64,000 nucleotides of DNA, taken from assembly GCA_965202665.1 (NCBI GenBank), contig OZ241841.1:2496001-2560000 (forward strand), in the 5' to 3' direction. The position numbers and the translations under genes are program-made. Positions 51,975-62,533 of this stretch are shown here, one piece after another (the first letter of the stretch is position 1; every line of letters begins with the position of its first letter). The stretch is from Candidatus Spongiisociaceae bacterium (GTDB lineage: Bacteria > Actinomycetota > Acidimicrobiia > Spongiisociales > Spongiisociaceae). Below the pieces are notes generated by a model, which made no database searches, was not told the origin of the DNA, and worked only from the letters and a program-made list of their open reading frames with translations.

Positions 51975-53481
51975 CCCCCCACCCGCCCGGGGACCCTCGG
52001 TGGGCGAGCTGGCCCGGTTGCTGGGCGGCGAGTTGCTGGGCGGCGGGGAGGTTCGCATTCGGGATGTGACGCATGACAGCCGGCAAGCCGCACCCGGGTT
52101 TCTGTTCGCCGCCGTCCGCGGCTTCCAAACCGACGGGCATGATTACGCGGCGGAGGCGGTCGCCGGGGGGGCCTCCGCCCTGCTGGTGGAAGAGTTCGCC
52201 CCGGTGGATAAGCCCCAGATCAAAGTGGCCGACGTCCGCCGCGCCCTGGCCCCGGCCGCGGCCGCGGTGCACGGCCATCCTTCCCGGCGCATGCGGCTGA
52301 TCGGCGTGACCGGCACCAACGGCAAAACCACGGTCGCTTTCATGTTGCAGTCTGTTGCGGCCGCGGCGGGCGTCCCGTTCGGCCGGTTGGGAACCCTGGG
52401 CGCCTGGTGGGGCGGGCGCGCCGTGCCGCATTCCCGCACCACTCCGGAAGCCCCCGACCTGCAGCGGCTGTTGGCGGAGATGGCCGACGAGGGGGTGCGC
52501 ATGGCGGCCATGGAAGCCACTTCCCACGCCTTGGCCCTGCACCGGGTGGAGGAGGTTTCTTTGGCGGCCGCCGCCTTCACCAACCTTTCCCAGGATCATC
52601 TCGATTTCCATTCCGGGATGGAAGACTATTTCCAAACCAAGCGGCGGCTGTTCGATGAGCGGGCCCGTCAGAAGGTGATTTGGGTGGAGGATGAATACGG
52701 GGCCCGGTTGGCCGGTTCCGTCGCCCCGCCGGTGACCGCCGTCGGCTGGTCTCCGTCCCATGAGGTGAGCGGCCGGGCGCTGTCCGAGGAGAGGTTGGAG
52801 ATAACCATCGCCGGGGAGGGGCGGTGCTCCGTCCGCCTGAACCTGGGGGGGCGCCACAATATGGCAAACGCCCTTTTGGCGGCCGGTTGCGCCCACCGGA
52901 CGGGAGTGGATTTTGACGACATCGCCCGCGGCTTGTCCTCCATGCCCCCCATTCCCGGCCGGATGCAACCGGTGGAGCGGGGGCAGCCTTTCCGGGTGCT
53001 GGTGGATTACGCCCACACCCCGGATGCGGTGCGCGCGGCGGTGGACGCCGCCCGCCGGATGGGGGAGGGGCGGGTGATTGCGGTGGCGGGGGCGGCCGGG
53101 GATCGGGACCGGGCCAAGCGCCCCCTGTTGGGCCGGGCGGCGGCCGGGGCCGATGTGGCGGTCATCACCTCCGACAATCCCCGCTCGGAGGACCCGGCGA
53201 CGGTGGTGGAGGAGGTGGCGGCGGGGGCCCGGCGGGAGGGGGCGGTGGTGATGCGCGTGGTGGACCGGGCGCAGGCCATCGGGGCGGCGCTGGAGGAGGC
53301 GCGGTCGGGCGACGTGGTGCTAATCCTCGGCAAAGGGCACGAAACCGGGCAAGATTTCGGGGAGCGGGTGGTCCCGTTCGACGACCGGGAGGCGGCCGCC
53401 CGTCACTTGGAGGCCCGCTACGGGGATTCGGGGAGCCGGCCGGAGGAAGAAGCGGACATCGGGGAGAGGCGGGTCGTATGA
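51967..53481 (+). CDS. murE: UDP-MurNAc-Ala-Glu--DAP ligase
   Basis: GVTGTNGKTT, TTPE, DHLDFH, DYAHTPD, SDNPR (DAP-type), GKGHE. Confidence 0.95.
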   Translation: MPSPPPARGPSVGELARLLGGELLGGGEVRIRDVTHDSRQAAPGFLFAAVRGFQTDGHDYAAEAVAGGASALLVEEFAPVDKPQIKVADVRRALAPAAAAVHGHPSRRMRLIGVTGTNGKTTVAFMLQSVAAAAGVPFGRLGTLGAWWGGRAVPHSRTTPEAPDLQRLLAEMADEGVRMAAMEATSHALALHRVEEVSLAAAAFTNLSQDHLDFHSGMEDYFQTKRRLFDERARQKVIWVEDEYGARLAGSVAPPVTAVGWSPSHEVSGRALSEERLEITIAGEGRCSVRLNLGGRHNMANALLAAGCAHRTGVDFDDIARGLSSMPPIPGRMQPVERGQPFRVLVDYAHTPDAVRAAVDAARRMGEGRVIAVAGAAGDRDRAKRPLLGRAAAGADVAVITSDNPRSEDPATVVEEVAAGARREGAVVMRVVDRAQAIGAALEEARSGDVVLILGKGHETGQDFGERVVPFDDREAAARHLEARYGDSGSRPEEEADIGERRVV

Positions 53482-54542
53482 TAGCCATGCTGATCGCCGC
53501 CACCGCCGCCTTCGCGGTGGCCCTGTTCGGCACCGCCTACGCCATCCGGGTGTTGCGGGCGCTGAACGTGGGCCAGTTCATCCAGGAGGAACTGGAAGGC
53601 CACATGCACAAGCGGGGCACCCCCACCATGGGGGGGATCGCCATCGTGCTGGCCATCACGGTCGGTTACGCGGCTTCGCTGGTGCGGGTGGGGAGCGGGG
53701 GGTTGTCCATGCGAAGTTTCAGCGGGGCCGGGTTTCTGGTGATCGGGGCGGTGGCGGGAATGGGTTTGATCGGCTTCATCGACGACTATCAGAAACTTTC
53801 CAAGTCCCGCAATCGGGGTTTGGGCAAGGCGGCCAAGCTGATCGGGCAACTGGCCATCGCCGGGCTGTTCGCCTGGGGGGCGGCGGCGATGGGAGCGGAC
53901 ACCGCCCTGGCTTTCACCCGCCCCACCGGATTGGACTGGGGGGTGTTCGCTTTTGCGGTGTGGGTGTTGCTGATGCTCACCGGGTTCGCCAACGCGGTCA
54001 ACATCACCGACGGCTTGGACGGGTTGGCCTCCGGTTCCGCGGCGCTGGTGTCCGGGGCGTACATCATCGTGGCCTTCTGGATTTTCCGCCATCCCAGCCT
54101 CTATCAGGTGGAGGGGAGCTTGGATCTGGCGGCGGTGGCGGCCGCCATGCTGGGGGCGTCGCTGGGATTTCTGTGGTGGAACACCGCCCCCGCCAAAATC
54201 ATCATGGGCGACGTCGGCTCCCAGGCTTTGGGGGGCGGCCTGGCCGCTTTGGCGCTGCTCACCAACACCCATCTGCTGCTGTTGGTGCTGGGCGGGCTGT
54301 ACGTGATAGAAACCCTGTCGGTCATCCTGCAGGTGGCCGGTTTTCACTGGCTGGGGGGGCGGCGCCTGTTCCGCATGGCCCCCCTCCACCATCATTTTGA
54401 ACTGATGGGCTGGCCGGAGACCACCGTCATCACCCGCCTGTGGATTCTGGCCGCGGCCGGTGTGGCGGTGGGGCTGGGCATTTTCTACGCCGATTTTCTG
54501 GCGGCGGGGGGGACCGAGCCGGTGTTCGGGGCGGCCGGATGA
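53478..54542 (+). CDS. mraY: Phospho-MurNAc-pentapeptide translocase
   Basis: KRGTPTMGG, DDY, NAVNITDGLDG, MGDVGS, MAPLHHHFE. Confidence 0.95.
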   Translation: MIAMLIAATAAFAVALFGTAYAIRVLRALNVGQFIQEELEGHMHKRGTPTMGGIAIVLAITVGYAASLVRVGSGGLSMRSFSGAGFLVIGAVAGMGLIGFIDDYQKLSKSRNRGLGKAAKLIGQLAIAGLFAWGAAAMGADTALAFTRPTGLDWGVFAFAVWVLLMLTGFANAVNITDGLDGLASGSAALVSGAYIIVAFWIFRHPSLYQVEGSLDLAAVAAAMLGASLGFLWWNTAPAKIIMGDVGSQALGGGLAALALLTNTHLLLLVLGGLYVIETLSVILQVAGFHWLGGRRLFRMAPLHHHFELMGWPETTVITRLWILAAAGVAVGLGIFYADFLAAGGTEPVFGAAG

Positions 54543-55864
54543 GGGTTCTGGTACTGGGAGCGGCCGTGTCCGGACGGGGGGCGGGAGCCCTGTTGCAACG
54601 GGACGGGGTGGAACATCTGGTGTACGACCGCCGCCCGGAGGCCGTGGCCCCGCTGGCCGCGCAGGGGGCGGAAACGGCGGCCGGGGAGTGGCGGGATGAG
54701 TTGCTACGCGATGCGGACCTGGTGGTGGCCAGTCCCGGGTTCGCCCCGCATTCGGCCCCGTTGCGGGCGGCGGCCCGGGCCGGGGTGGAAACGGTGAGCG
54801 AATTGGAGTTGGCCTTGCGCAGCCTGGACTGCCCGTTGGCGGCGGTGACCGGAACCAACGGCAAGACCACCGTGGTGGAGCAGACGGCGGCCATGCTGCG
54901 GGAAGCCGGGATGCGGGCGGCGGCGGCGGGCAACAGCGGCCGGGCGGCCAGCGACGCCGCCCTTTGCGAATGGGACGCCCTGGTTTTGGAAGCCTCCAGT
55001 TTCCAGTTGGAATACACCTCTTCTTTGCGCCCCCGGGCGGCGGCGCTCCTCAACCTGGCCCCCGACCATTTGGACTGGCACGGGTCCATGGACCGCTACC
55101 GGGCGGCCAAAGCCAAAATTTTCCAAGGGGTTTCCGGCTCCGATCTTATGATCTACGACTACGACGACCCGGAGGCCCGTTCGCTGGCCGCCGGGGGGAG
55201 GGGGGCGCACGTCCCGATCACCGGAGCCGGGGGTGGGGGAGGGGTTTCCCGGTGGGGCCGGGCCGGGGATCGGCTGCTCCTGCCGTGCGGGGAGATGCCG
55301 TTGCAGGATGTTCCGGTGCGGGATCCCGCCTTTTTGACGGATCTGACCGCGGCCGCGGCCGCCGCCGGCCGGCTGGGGGCCGACTGCGGGTCCATCATGA
55401 ACGTGATAAGCCGCTTTCGTCCCGGGGCCCACCGCCGCCAGCCGGCGGGCGAAGGGGGCGGGGTGAGGTGGGTGAACGATTCCAAAGCCACCAATCCGCA
55501 CGCGGTCGTCGCCGCGGCCGCCGCCTATCCGTCGGTGGTGCTGATCGCGGGCGGGCGCAACAAGGGACTGGACCTGGGTCCGCTGACCTCCCTCCCCACC
55601 GTTCGCTTCCTGATCGCCATCGGGGAATCCGCCGGGTTTTTGCTGTCCCGTTGCCCGCCCGGGGCCGGAGCGGAGGCCGCTTCCTTGGAGGAGGCGGTGG
55701 AAGCGGCGGCCCGGGCGGCCGTCCCCGGGGACACGGTGTTGTTTTCCCCTGGTTGCGCCAGCTTCGACATGTTTTCCTCCTACCAGGAACGGGGGGAGGC
55801 TTTCATGCGGCTGGCGGCGTCGGCGGCGTCGGCGGATATCGTTTCGGCGGGGAGCGCGGCGTGA
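54539..55864 (+). CDS. murD: UDP-MurNAc-Ala--D-Glu ligase
   Basis: ASPG, GTNGKTT, EASSFQL, DHLDWH, NDSKATN, SPGCASFD. Confidence 0.95.
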   Translation: MRVLVLGAAVSGRGAGALLQRDGVEHLVYDRRPEAVAPLAAQGAETAAGEWRDELLRDADLVVASPGFAPHSAPLRAAARAGVETVSELELALRSLDCPLAAVTGTNGKTTVVEQTAAMLREAGMRAAAAGNSGRAASDAALCEWDALVLEASSFQLEYTSSLRPRAAALLNLAPDHLDWHGSMDRYRAAKAKIFQGVSGSDLMIYDYDDPEARSLAAGGRGAHVPITGAGGGGGVSRWGRAGDRLLLPCGEMPLQDVPVRDPAFLTDLTAAAAAAGRLGADCGSIMNVISRFRPGAHRRQPAGEGGGVRWVNDSKATNPHAVVAAAAAYPSVVLIAGGRNKGLDLGPLTSLPTVRFLIAIGESAGFLLSRCPPGAGAEAASLEEAVEAAARAAVPGDTVLFSPGCASFDMFSSYQERGEAFMRLAASAASADIVSAGSAA

Positions 55865-57027
55865 ACCGGGTGATTTCCATTTCCAATCTGCTGGCCCGGG
55901 CCGGGCGCCGGGGGGCGGCGGAGCGCAACCGGACCCGGTTGTCGTTGATGATCCTGGCCGTGGTGGGGGTGTTGCTGGTGGTGGGACTGGGGGCCACCAT
56001 GTCGGCCTCCTCGGTGGAGGGCATCCTGGAAAACTCGGACCGCCTGGCGGTGTTCAAACGGCAGGTGCGGTGGGTGGCGGTGGGGGCGGCGGCCATGCTC
56101 GCCACTTCCCGCATCCCCTACTCCAAGTACCGCGCCGCCGCGTTGCCCGTCCTGATCGCCTCCGCGTCCGGGTTGTTGCTGGTGCTGGCCTTGGGGGTGA
56201 TCCGGGGCGGGGCCCGGCGCTGGATAGAAGTCGGTTCCATAACCGTGCAACCCTCCGAAATCGCCAAGTTGGGGATGGTGGTTTTTTTGGCGGCCGCCCT
56301 CACCGGCCTGGGGGACCGCGTTTCCGACCTGAAAGCGCTGGCGGCTCCGGTGATGGCGTCGGTGGGACTGATTTGCCTGCTGGTGGTGTTGCAGCCCGAT
56401 CTGGGCACCACCATCGTGATCGCGGTCACCGGGTGGGGAATGATCCTGGCGGCCGGGGCCCCCGCCCGCTACGTTGCGGGAGGGGCGCTGCTGGGGGCGG
56501 GGGCGATGGCGCTGCTGGCGGTGGTTTCCCCGTACCGCCGGGCCCGTTTGGGATGCTTTTTGGATCCGCTGTCCGACCCGCTGGGAGACTGCTTCCAACT
56601 AACCCAGAGCCTGATGGCCTTGGGCAGCGGGAACCTGTTCGGGTTGGGGGTGGGGGCTTCCCGGGCCCGATGGGCCTATCTGCCCAACGCCCACACCGAC
56701 TTTATTTTCGCCATCATCGCCGAAGAGCTGGGCTTCATCGGGGCGGTTACGCTTTTGACTTTCTTCGCGGCCCTGGTCGTCATCGGGGTGGTGATCGCCT
56801 CCCGCACCTCCGACCCGTTCGCCCGCCTGCTGGCTTTGGGAATCACCGTCTGGTTGAGCGTGCAGGCCATCATCAACGTGGGGGGCGTGGTGGGGGTGAT
56901 ACCGGTGACCGGGCTGGCCCTGCCTTTCGTGTCGGTGGGGGGGACGGCCATGTTGTCTTCCATGGCGGCCATGGGGGTTCTGATCAACATCGCCCACACC
57001 GCCCCCGGGGTGCGGTCCCGGCAGTGA
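55861..57027 (+). CDS. ftsW: Peptidoglycan glycosyltransferase FtsW
   Basis: GARRWI, QPSE, QPDLGT, HTDFIFAIIAEELG, TGLALPFVS. Confidence 0.95.
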   Translation: MNRVISISNLLARAGRRGAAERNRTRLSLMILAVVGVLLVVGLGATMSASSVEGILENSDRLAVFKRQVRWVAVGAAAMLATSRIPYSKYRAAALPVLIASASGLLLVLALGVIRGGARRWIEVGSITVQPSEIAKLGMVVFLAAALTGLGDRVSDLKALAAPVMASVGLICLLVVLQPDLGTTIVIAVTGWGMILAAGAPARYVAGGALLGAGAMALLAVVSPYRRARLGCFLDPLSDPLGDCFQLTQSLMALGSGNLFGLGVGASRARWAYLPNAHTDFIFAIIAEELGFIGAVTLLTFFAALVVIGVVIASRTSDPFARLLALGITVWLSVQAIINVGGVVGVIPVTGLALPFVSVGGTAMLSSMAAMGVLINIAHTAPGVRSRQ

Positions 57028-58112
57028 GTTACGGGATAGCCGCCGCCGGAACGGGGGGCCATGTCTTCCCCGGCCTGGCGGTGGCCGAGGCGTTGGCCGC
57101 CCGCGGCGTGGAACGGGAGCGGGTGGTTTTTTTCGGGGGTTCCCGAATGGAGGCGGAAGCGGTTCCCCGGGCCGGTTTCGGGTTCGTTCCGTTGCGGATA
57201 CGGGGACTGTCCCGCAGCCTGCGTCCCGGCAACCTGGGCCTGCCGGCGGTGGTGTGGAAAGCGGCCGGGACGGTGCGGCGGGAGATAGAGGAGCGGGGGA
57301 TGCGGGCCGTGCTGGGGATGGGCGGATACGTTACGGTTCCCGCCGCTCTGGGGGCCCGCCGGGCCGGGACGCCCCTGTTTTTGCACGAGCAGAACCGCCG
57401 GGCCGGTTTGGCCAATCGGATGTGCCGCCGCTGGGCGGGGCGGTGCTTCGGCTCTTTCCCGGCCACCGACGGCCTGCCGGGGGCGGTCCCGGCCGGTTAT
57501 CCGTTGCGCCCCCTGTTCGACGGCTACCGCCGGGAACGATGGCGGGAGGCCGCCGTGGAACATTACCGGTTGGACCCCGGCTCGCCCACTTTGGGGGCTT
57601 TCGGGGGGAGCCAGGGTTCGGCGGCGATCAACCGGGCGGTGGGGGATTTGGCAGCCGGGTGGGAGGGGCCGCCCTTGCAGGTGGTTCATCTCACCGGGGA
57701 GGCGCATTTGGGGCAGACGGAGACGGGGGGGGACGCGGCGGCGGTTACGCGGCGCACGGTCGGCTTCGAACAGCGCATGGAACTTTTTTACGCGGCCTGC
57801 GATCTGGTGGTGGGGCGGGCGGGGGGAGGCTTGTTCGAGATCGCCTCCACCGGAACCCCGGCCGTGCTGGCCCCGGGGCCGTTCGCCGGACGGCACCAGC
57901 TGGAGAACGCGTCCGCCATGGCGGAGACGGGGGCGGCGGTGATGCTGGCCGAAGAGAATTTGCACCTGTTGCCGGAGACGGTGGCCGGACTGCTGGCCGA
58001 TGGGGAACGGAGGCGGGCGATGGGGGAGGCGGCCCGGGCCGTAGCCCGGCCGGGGGCGGCCCGGGCCATCGCCGCCGCCATGCTGGAGGCGGGTGATGCC
58101 CCCGGCGGATGA
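57024..58112 (+). CDS. murG: MurG glycosyltransferase
   Basis: GTGGHVFP, GGYV, HEQN, GGSQG, RAG, HQLENA. Confidence 0.95.
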   Translation: MSYGIAAAGTGGHVFPGLAVAEALAARGVERERVVFFGGSRMEAEAVPRAGFGFVPLRIRGLSRSLRPGNLGLPAVVWKAAGTVRREIEERGMRAVLGMGGYVTVPAALGARRAGTPLFLHEQNRRAGLANRMCRRWAGRCFGSFPATDGLPGAVPAGYPLRPLFDGYRRERWREAAVEHYRLDPGSPTLGAFGGSQGSAAINRAVGDLAAGWEGPPLQVVHLTGEAHLGQTETGGDAAAVTRRTVGFEQRMELFYAACDLVVGRAGGGLFEIASTGTPAVLAPGPFAGRHQLENASAMAETGAAVMLAEENLHLLPETVAGLLADGERRRAMGEAARAVARPGAARAIAAAMLEAGDAPGG

Positions 58113-59481
58113 GGGGCTGCCGGCCGGGGGCGGCCCGCTGCACATAGTGGGGGTGGCCGGGGCGGGCATGAGCGCCCTGGCCCGTTTGCTGGCCGCCCGG
58201 GGGAGCCGGGTGTCCGGGTCCGACCTGCGTTTGCCGGCCGCCACGGCGGAGTCCCTGGCCGGGGAAGGGATTGAAACTTGGCCGGGTTCCCGCCCGGAGC
58301 GGATGGCCGGTTGCCGATTGGTGGCGGTTTCTTCGGCGGTGCCGCCCGACGACCCGGAACGGCGGGCGGCGGAACGGGCCGGGATTCCGGTGTGGGAGCG
58401 GCCCCGTTTGCTGGCCGCGGTAACCCGGTCCATCCCCACCGTCGGGTTCGGGGGGACCCACGGCAAAACCACTTGCACCGCTTTGGCGGTGACCGCCTTG
58501 CGGGCCGCGGGAGGGGATCCTTCCTTCGTGATGGGAGGGGAGGCGGTGGATTTGGGAAGCAACGCCCGCCGGGGGGCCGACGAACTGCTGATTTTGGAGG
58601 CTGACGAGGCTTACCAAACGATGACCCGGCTCCGCCTGCGGGGGCTGCTGGTCGCCAACGTCGATAGCGATCATCTGGAGCATTACGGATCGCTGGCCGC
58701 TTTGGAGGAGGCCTTCGCCGACACTGCGGCGGCGGTGGACGGCCCGGTGGTGATCGGAGCGGACGATGCGGGCGGACGGCGGCTGGCGCGGCGCACCGGC
58801 CGTTCCACGGTCGGTTTCGCCCCGGATGCGGAATGGCGGATTTCGGAGGCGGAGGCCGCGGAGGGGGGAGTTTCTTTCCGGTTGTCCGGACCGGGGGCGG
58901 AGGTTCCGGTGCGGGTGGGCCGGCCCGGCCTGCACACCGTCCGCAATGCGGCCGGGGTGCTGTCCCTGCTGGTCCTGCTGGGGTGGGACGCGGAGCGGGC
59001 CGCCTCCGGCTGGCGGCGGTTCGCCGGGGTGAAGCGCCGGTTGGAGGCGCGGGGGGAGGCGGCCGGGGTGAGGATCATCGACACCTACGCCCACCATCCC
59101 ACCGAGGTGGCCGCCGACCTGCAGGCCCTGCGGGGCGCGGGGCGCCGCCGGTTGTGGGTGGTGTTCCAACCCCACCTCTATTCGCGCACCCGCCGCCTGG
59201 CCGGGGACTTCGGGCAGGCCCTCTCCGAGGCGGACCGGGTGGTGGTGACCGACGTGTACGGGGCCCGGGAGGACCCGGAGCCGGGCGTGACCGGCAGGCT
59301 GGTGGCGGAGGCGGTGGGCGGCGGGGTGGGGCGGACGCACTACGCTCCCACCCTGGCGGAGGCGGCCCGGTTGGTGGCCGGGCAAGCGGAGGAGGGAGAT
59401 TTGGTGGTGACCATGGGAGCGGGGGACGTAACCGAGTTGCCCGACCTGTTGCTGGCCGCGCTGGAGGCGGGCGATGGATAG
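58093..59481 (+). CDS. murC: UDP-MurNAc--L-Ala ligase
   Basis: GVAGAGMS, GTHGKTT, EADE, YAHHPTE, FQPHLYSRT. Confidence 0.95.
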   Translation: MMPPADEGLPAGGGPLHIVGVAGAGMSALARLLAARGSRVSGSDLRLPAATAESLAGEGIETWPGSRPERMAGCRLVAVSSAVPPDDPERRAAERAGIPVWERPRLLAAVTRSIPTVGFGGTHGKTTCTALAVTALRAAGGDPSFVMGGEAVDLGSNARRGADELLILEADEAYQTMTRLRLRGLLVANVDSDHLEHYGSLAALEEAFADTAAAVDGPVVIGADDAGGRRLARRTGRSTVGFAPDAEWRISEAEAAEGGVSFRLSGPGAEVPVRVGRPGLHTVRNAAGVLSLLVLLGWDAERAASGWRRFAGVKRRLEARGEAAGVRIIDTYAHHPTEVAADLQALRGAGRRRLWVVFQPHLYSRTRRLAGDFGQALSEADRVVVTDVYGAREDPEPGVTGRLVAEAVGGGVGRTHYAPTLAEAARLVAGQAEEGDLVVTMGAGDVTELPDLLLAALEAGDG

Positions 59482-60397
59482 CTGGGCGGAGACGGCCGCC
59501 GCCTTCGGGGTGGAGGAAAACGTGCCTTTGGCCCCTATCACCACCTACAAGATGGGCGGGCCCGCCCGCTGGTACTGGGAGCCGCCGGATGGGGAAACAC
59601 TGGCCCGGGCGGCCGGGGCGGCCGCCCGGTGCGGAGTGGAGACCGCGGTGCTGGGACGGGGCAGCAACGCGGTGGTGTCCGACGCCGGGTTCGACGGTTT
59701 GGTGATCAGGCTGGCGGCCGGATTCCGCGACATCGAAGCTTTCCGGGGGCGGGGGCGGATCCGGGCGGGGGCGGCCGTCGCCCTCCCGCAACTGGCCCGT
59801 CATTCGGCGGAACGGGGCCTGGGGGGGTTGGAGTTTTACGTGGGCATTCCGGGCACGGTGGGCGGGGCGGTGGCGATGAACGCCGGTTTCTTCGGGACCG
59901 AAACGGCGGAGGTTCTGATCTCGGCCGTGGTGCTGGACATCGCCCGGGGGGAGGCGGTCGAGCGGGAGGCGGCCGACCTGGGGCTTGGATACCGGACCAG
60001 CTCCCTGGCCGCCGGGGAGGTGGTGTTGGAGGCGGCCTTCCGAGTGGGGGCGGGGGACCCGGTGGTTTCCTCGGCCCGCATGCGGGAGGCAACCCGTTGG
60101 CGTAAAAAACGGCAACCGGGCGGAACCCTCAACGCCGGAAGCGTGTTTCGCAACCCGCCCGGCGACTACGCGGGCCGCATCATCGACCAGTTGGGTTTGA
60201 AAGGCCTGCGCCGGGGCGGGGTGCGGGTGTCCGAACGGCACGCCAACTTTTTCGTGGCCGACAAAGGGGCCTCCGCCCAAGACGTCTACGACTTGGCGCA
60301 GACGGTGCGCCGGCGGGTGCGGGAGGAGACGGGGGTGGAGTTGGAACCGGAGATTCGTTTTGTGGGACGGTTCGCGGATACGGGGGAGGGGGTATGA
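59474..60397 (+). CDS. murB: UDP-N-acetylenolpyruvoylglucosamine reductase
   Basis: GGPA, GRGSN, GIPGTVGGAVAMNAG, GSVFRNP, HANF, LEPE. Confidence 0.95.
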   Translation: MDSWAETAAAFGVEENVPLAPITTYKMGGPARWYWEPPDGETLARAAGAAARCGVETAVLGRGSNAVVSDAGFDGLVIRLAAGFRDIEAFRGRGRIRAGAAVALPQLARHSAERGLGGLEFYVGIPGTVGGAVAMNAGFFGTETAEVLISAVVLDIARGEAVEREAADLGLGYRTSSLAAGEVVLEAAFRVGAGDPVVSSARMREATRWRKKRQPGGTLNAGSVFRNPPGDYAGRIIDQLGLKGLRRGGVRVSERHANFFVADKGASAQDVYDLAQTVRRRVREETGVELEPEIRFVGRFADTGEGV

Positions 60398-61212
60398 CCA
60401 TTGACCCGCGCCTGTTGCGGAGGCGCCGCAAAGTGGCCGCCGACAACGCCCGCCGGGGGATACGAAGGGCCTTGTGGACGGGGGCGGTTCTGGCCCTGGC
60501 GGGGGGTGCGGTCGCCCTGCTCAACTCTTCCTATTTGAGCGTTCAGTCGGTGGTGGTGACGGGGGTGGTCAACGCCGAGGTGGAGGGGGTGCTGTCCCGG
60601 CACCGGGTGGAGACGGGCCGCCCAATGGCGGTTATAAGGCCCGGCCAGATTCGGGATTCGCTGTTGGAGGATCCGTGGGTTAAAACGGCTTCGGTCAGTT
60701 TGCAACTTCCCAATACGGTGGCGGTGGATGTGGAAGAACGCCGGGGAGTGGCCTGGGTAATACTGGGATCCGGAGGTTGGGCTTTGGCCGCTCTGGACGG
60801 GGTGGTGGTGGGTTACGCCGACGCCGTTCCGGAAGCCAGTCCGGTGATTCGCATTCCAACCGAAGACCCGGGTTTGGGGGAGGAAATCCCCGATGATCAA
60901 GTGGCCGGGTCCCTGCTGTATTTGGATTCCCTTCCCCTGTCGCTGGCTTCCCAAAGCGGCGTCTACACCGCCGGCGACGAGTTGTGGGCCACGGTGGGGG
61001 AACGGCACATTCGTTTGGGTCCGCCTTTTGAAATGGCGGAAAAAGCAGAGGCGGTACTTTCCGTGATCAGCCTGCGCCAGGAGGGCGTCATCATCGACGT
61101 AATCGCCCCCGACCGTCCCGCCATCCGCGACAACCTGTTCGACCTTCTGCAGTTTAACCCTAACCTTGAACCTACACTAGAACCTGAACTCAACCCTGAA
61201 GAAGAGCCCTGA
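60394..61212 (+). CDS. ftsQ: Cell division protein FtsQ/DivIB
   Basis: TM followed by POTRA-like PWVKTASV..LPNTV.V.VEER; position before ftsZ. Confidence 0.85.
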   Translation: MTIDPRLLRRRRKVAADNARRGIRRALWTGAVLALAGGAVALLNSSYLSVQSVVVTGVVNAEVEGVLSRHRVETGRPMAVIRPGQIRDSLLEDPWVKTASVSLQLPNTVAVDVEERRGVAWVILGSGGWALAALDGVVVGYADAVPEASPVIRIPTEDPGLGEEIPDDQVAGSLLYLDSLPLSLASQSGVYTAGDELWATVGERHIRLGPPFEMAEKAEAVLSVISLRQEGVIIDVIAPDRPAIRDNLFDLLQFNPNLEPTLEPELNPEEEP

Positions 61213-61246
61213 TCGGTTTCAAATTCGACGGCGCAAAATTTTCTAC

Positions 61247-61276
61247 TTGCCAGCCATAAAACTAAGCTTGTATAAT
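61247..61276 (+). promoter_or_regulatory. SigA-type promoter upstream of ftsZ
   Basis: TTGCCA-N18-TATAAT in AT-rich intergenic region. Confidence 0.55.
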
Positions 61277-61413
61277 AAGGTGAGCGAAACAGGTTGCACG
61301 AAAAAAATAGAAAGAGTAACCTGTCAGTAGACCTTGAGGTCGGATAAGACAAGAACCGGGCGATGCAACCCCCGGAACAAACCAAAGCAGGACCGACTAG
61401 GGAAGGAACGGAA

Positions 61414-62487
61414 ATGGCAATGGATAGGATTCGGGAGCCGAAGAACTATATGGCGGTGATCAAAGTGGTGGGGATCGGCGGGGGCGGGATGAACGCCGTC
61501 AACCGGATGGTCGCCTCCCGGATTCGCGGGGTGGAGTTTGTGGCTATCAACACCGACGCCCAGGCGCTGTTAATGTCCGACGCCGACGTCAAGTTGGACT
61601 TCGGCCGGGAGATCACCCGCGGCTTGGGGGCCGGCGCCGACCCGGAGGTGGGTCGGGCGTCCGCCGAAGCCCATCGCGAAGAATTGGAGGATGTGCTCAC
61701 CGGTTCCGATATGGTGTTCATCACCGCCGGCGAAGGGGGCGGAACCGGAACCGGAGGGGCCCCGGTGGTGGCCGAGACGGCCCGTAACTTAGGCGCCCTG
61801 ACGGTGGCGGTGGTGACCCGCCCCTTCGGGTTCGAAGGCCGCCGCCGCAGCTCCCAAGCCGAGCAGGGCATAGCCGAGTTGCGGGAGGCGGTGGATGCGA
61901 TGATCGTCATCCCCAACGATCGGTTGCTGCACCTAGTGGACAAGTCCACTTCCATGTTGGAAGCCTTCGTGGTAGCCGACGAAGTGCTCAAAAACGGGGT
62001 GGCGGGAATTGCCGAACTGATCACCAAACCGGGCTTGATCAACGTGGACTTCGCCGATGTGAAAACCATCCTGGCCGACTCGGGCAGCGCGGTGATGGGC
62101 ATCGGCCGGGCCTCCGGAGACGACCGGGGCGTCCAGGCGGCGGAACGGGCCATGTCCAGTCCGTTGCTGGAAACCTCCATCGAAGGCGCCCGGGGGGTGC
62201 TGCTGGCCATCGTCGGCCCCCCCAACATGACCTTGCACGAGTTGAACGAGGCCGCCCAGAAAATCCGGGAGCACACCGAGAACGAGGCGCAGATCATTTT
62301 CGGGGCCCACACCGACGAGTCGCTGGGAGAGGAACTCCAGATCACGGTCATCGCCGCCGGTTTGGATCGCGGCCGGGTGGCCGCCCGTTCCTCCCAGAAC
62401 GGCGGGGGGAACGGCCTGGCGTCGGCGTGGGATGTTCCCGAAGTGGAGGACGACCTGTTCGACATTCCCGAGTTTGTTGAGAAATGA
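61414..62487 (+). CDS. ftsZ: Cell division protein FtsZ
   Basis: GGGGMNAVNRM, GGGTGTG tubulin motif, NVDFAD, C-terminal DIPEF. Confidence 0.97.
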   Translation: MAMDRIREPKNYMAVIKVVGIGGGGMNAVNRMVASRIRGVEFVAINTDAQALLMSDADVKLDFGREITRGLGAGADPEVGRASAEAHREELEDVLTGSDMVFITAGEGGGTGTGGAPVVAETARNLGALTVAVVTRPFGFEGRRRSSQAEQGIAELREAVDAMIVIPNDRLLHLVDKSTSMLEAFVVADEVLKNGVAGIAELITKPGLINVDFADVKTILADSGSAVMGIGRASGDDRGVQAAERAMSSPLLETSIEGARGVLLAIVGPPNMTLHELNEAAQKIREHTENEAQIIFGAHTDESLGEELQITVIAAGLDRGRVAARSSQNGGGNGLASAWDVPEVEDDLFDIPEFVEK

Positions 62488-62533
62488 GGCGGAGTACGGG
62501 CGGAGCGGGGAATGGGCCCCGCCGGGCGGGCGG

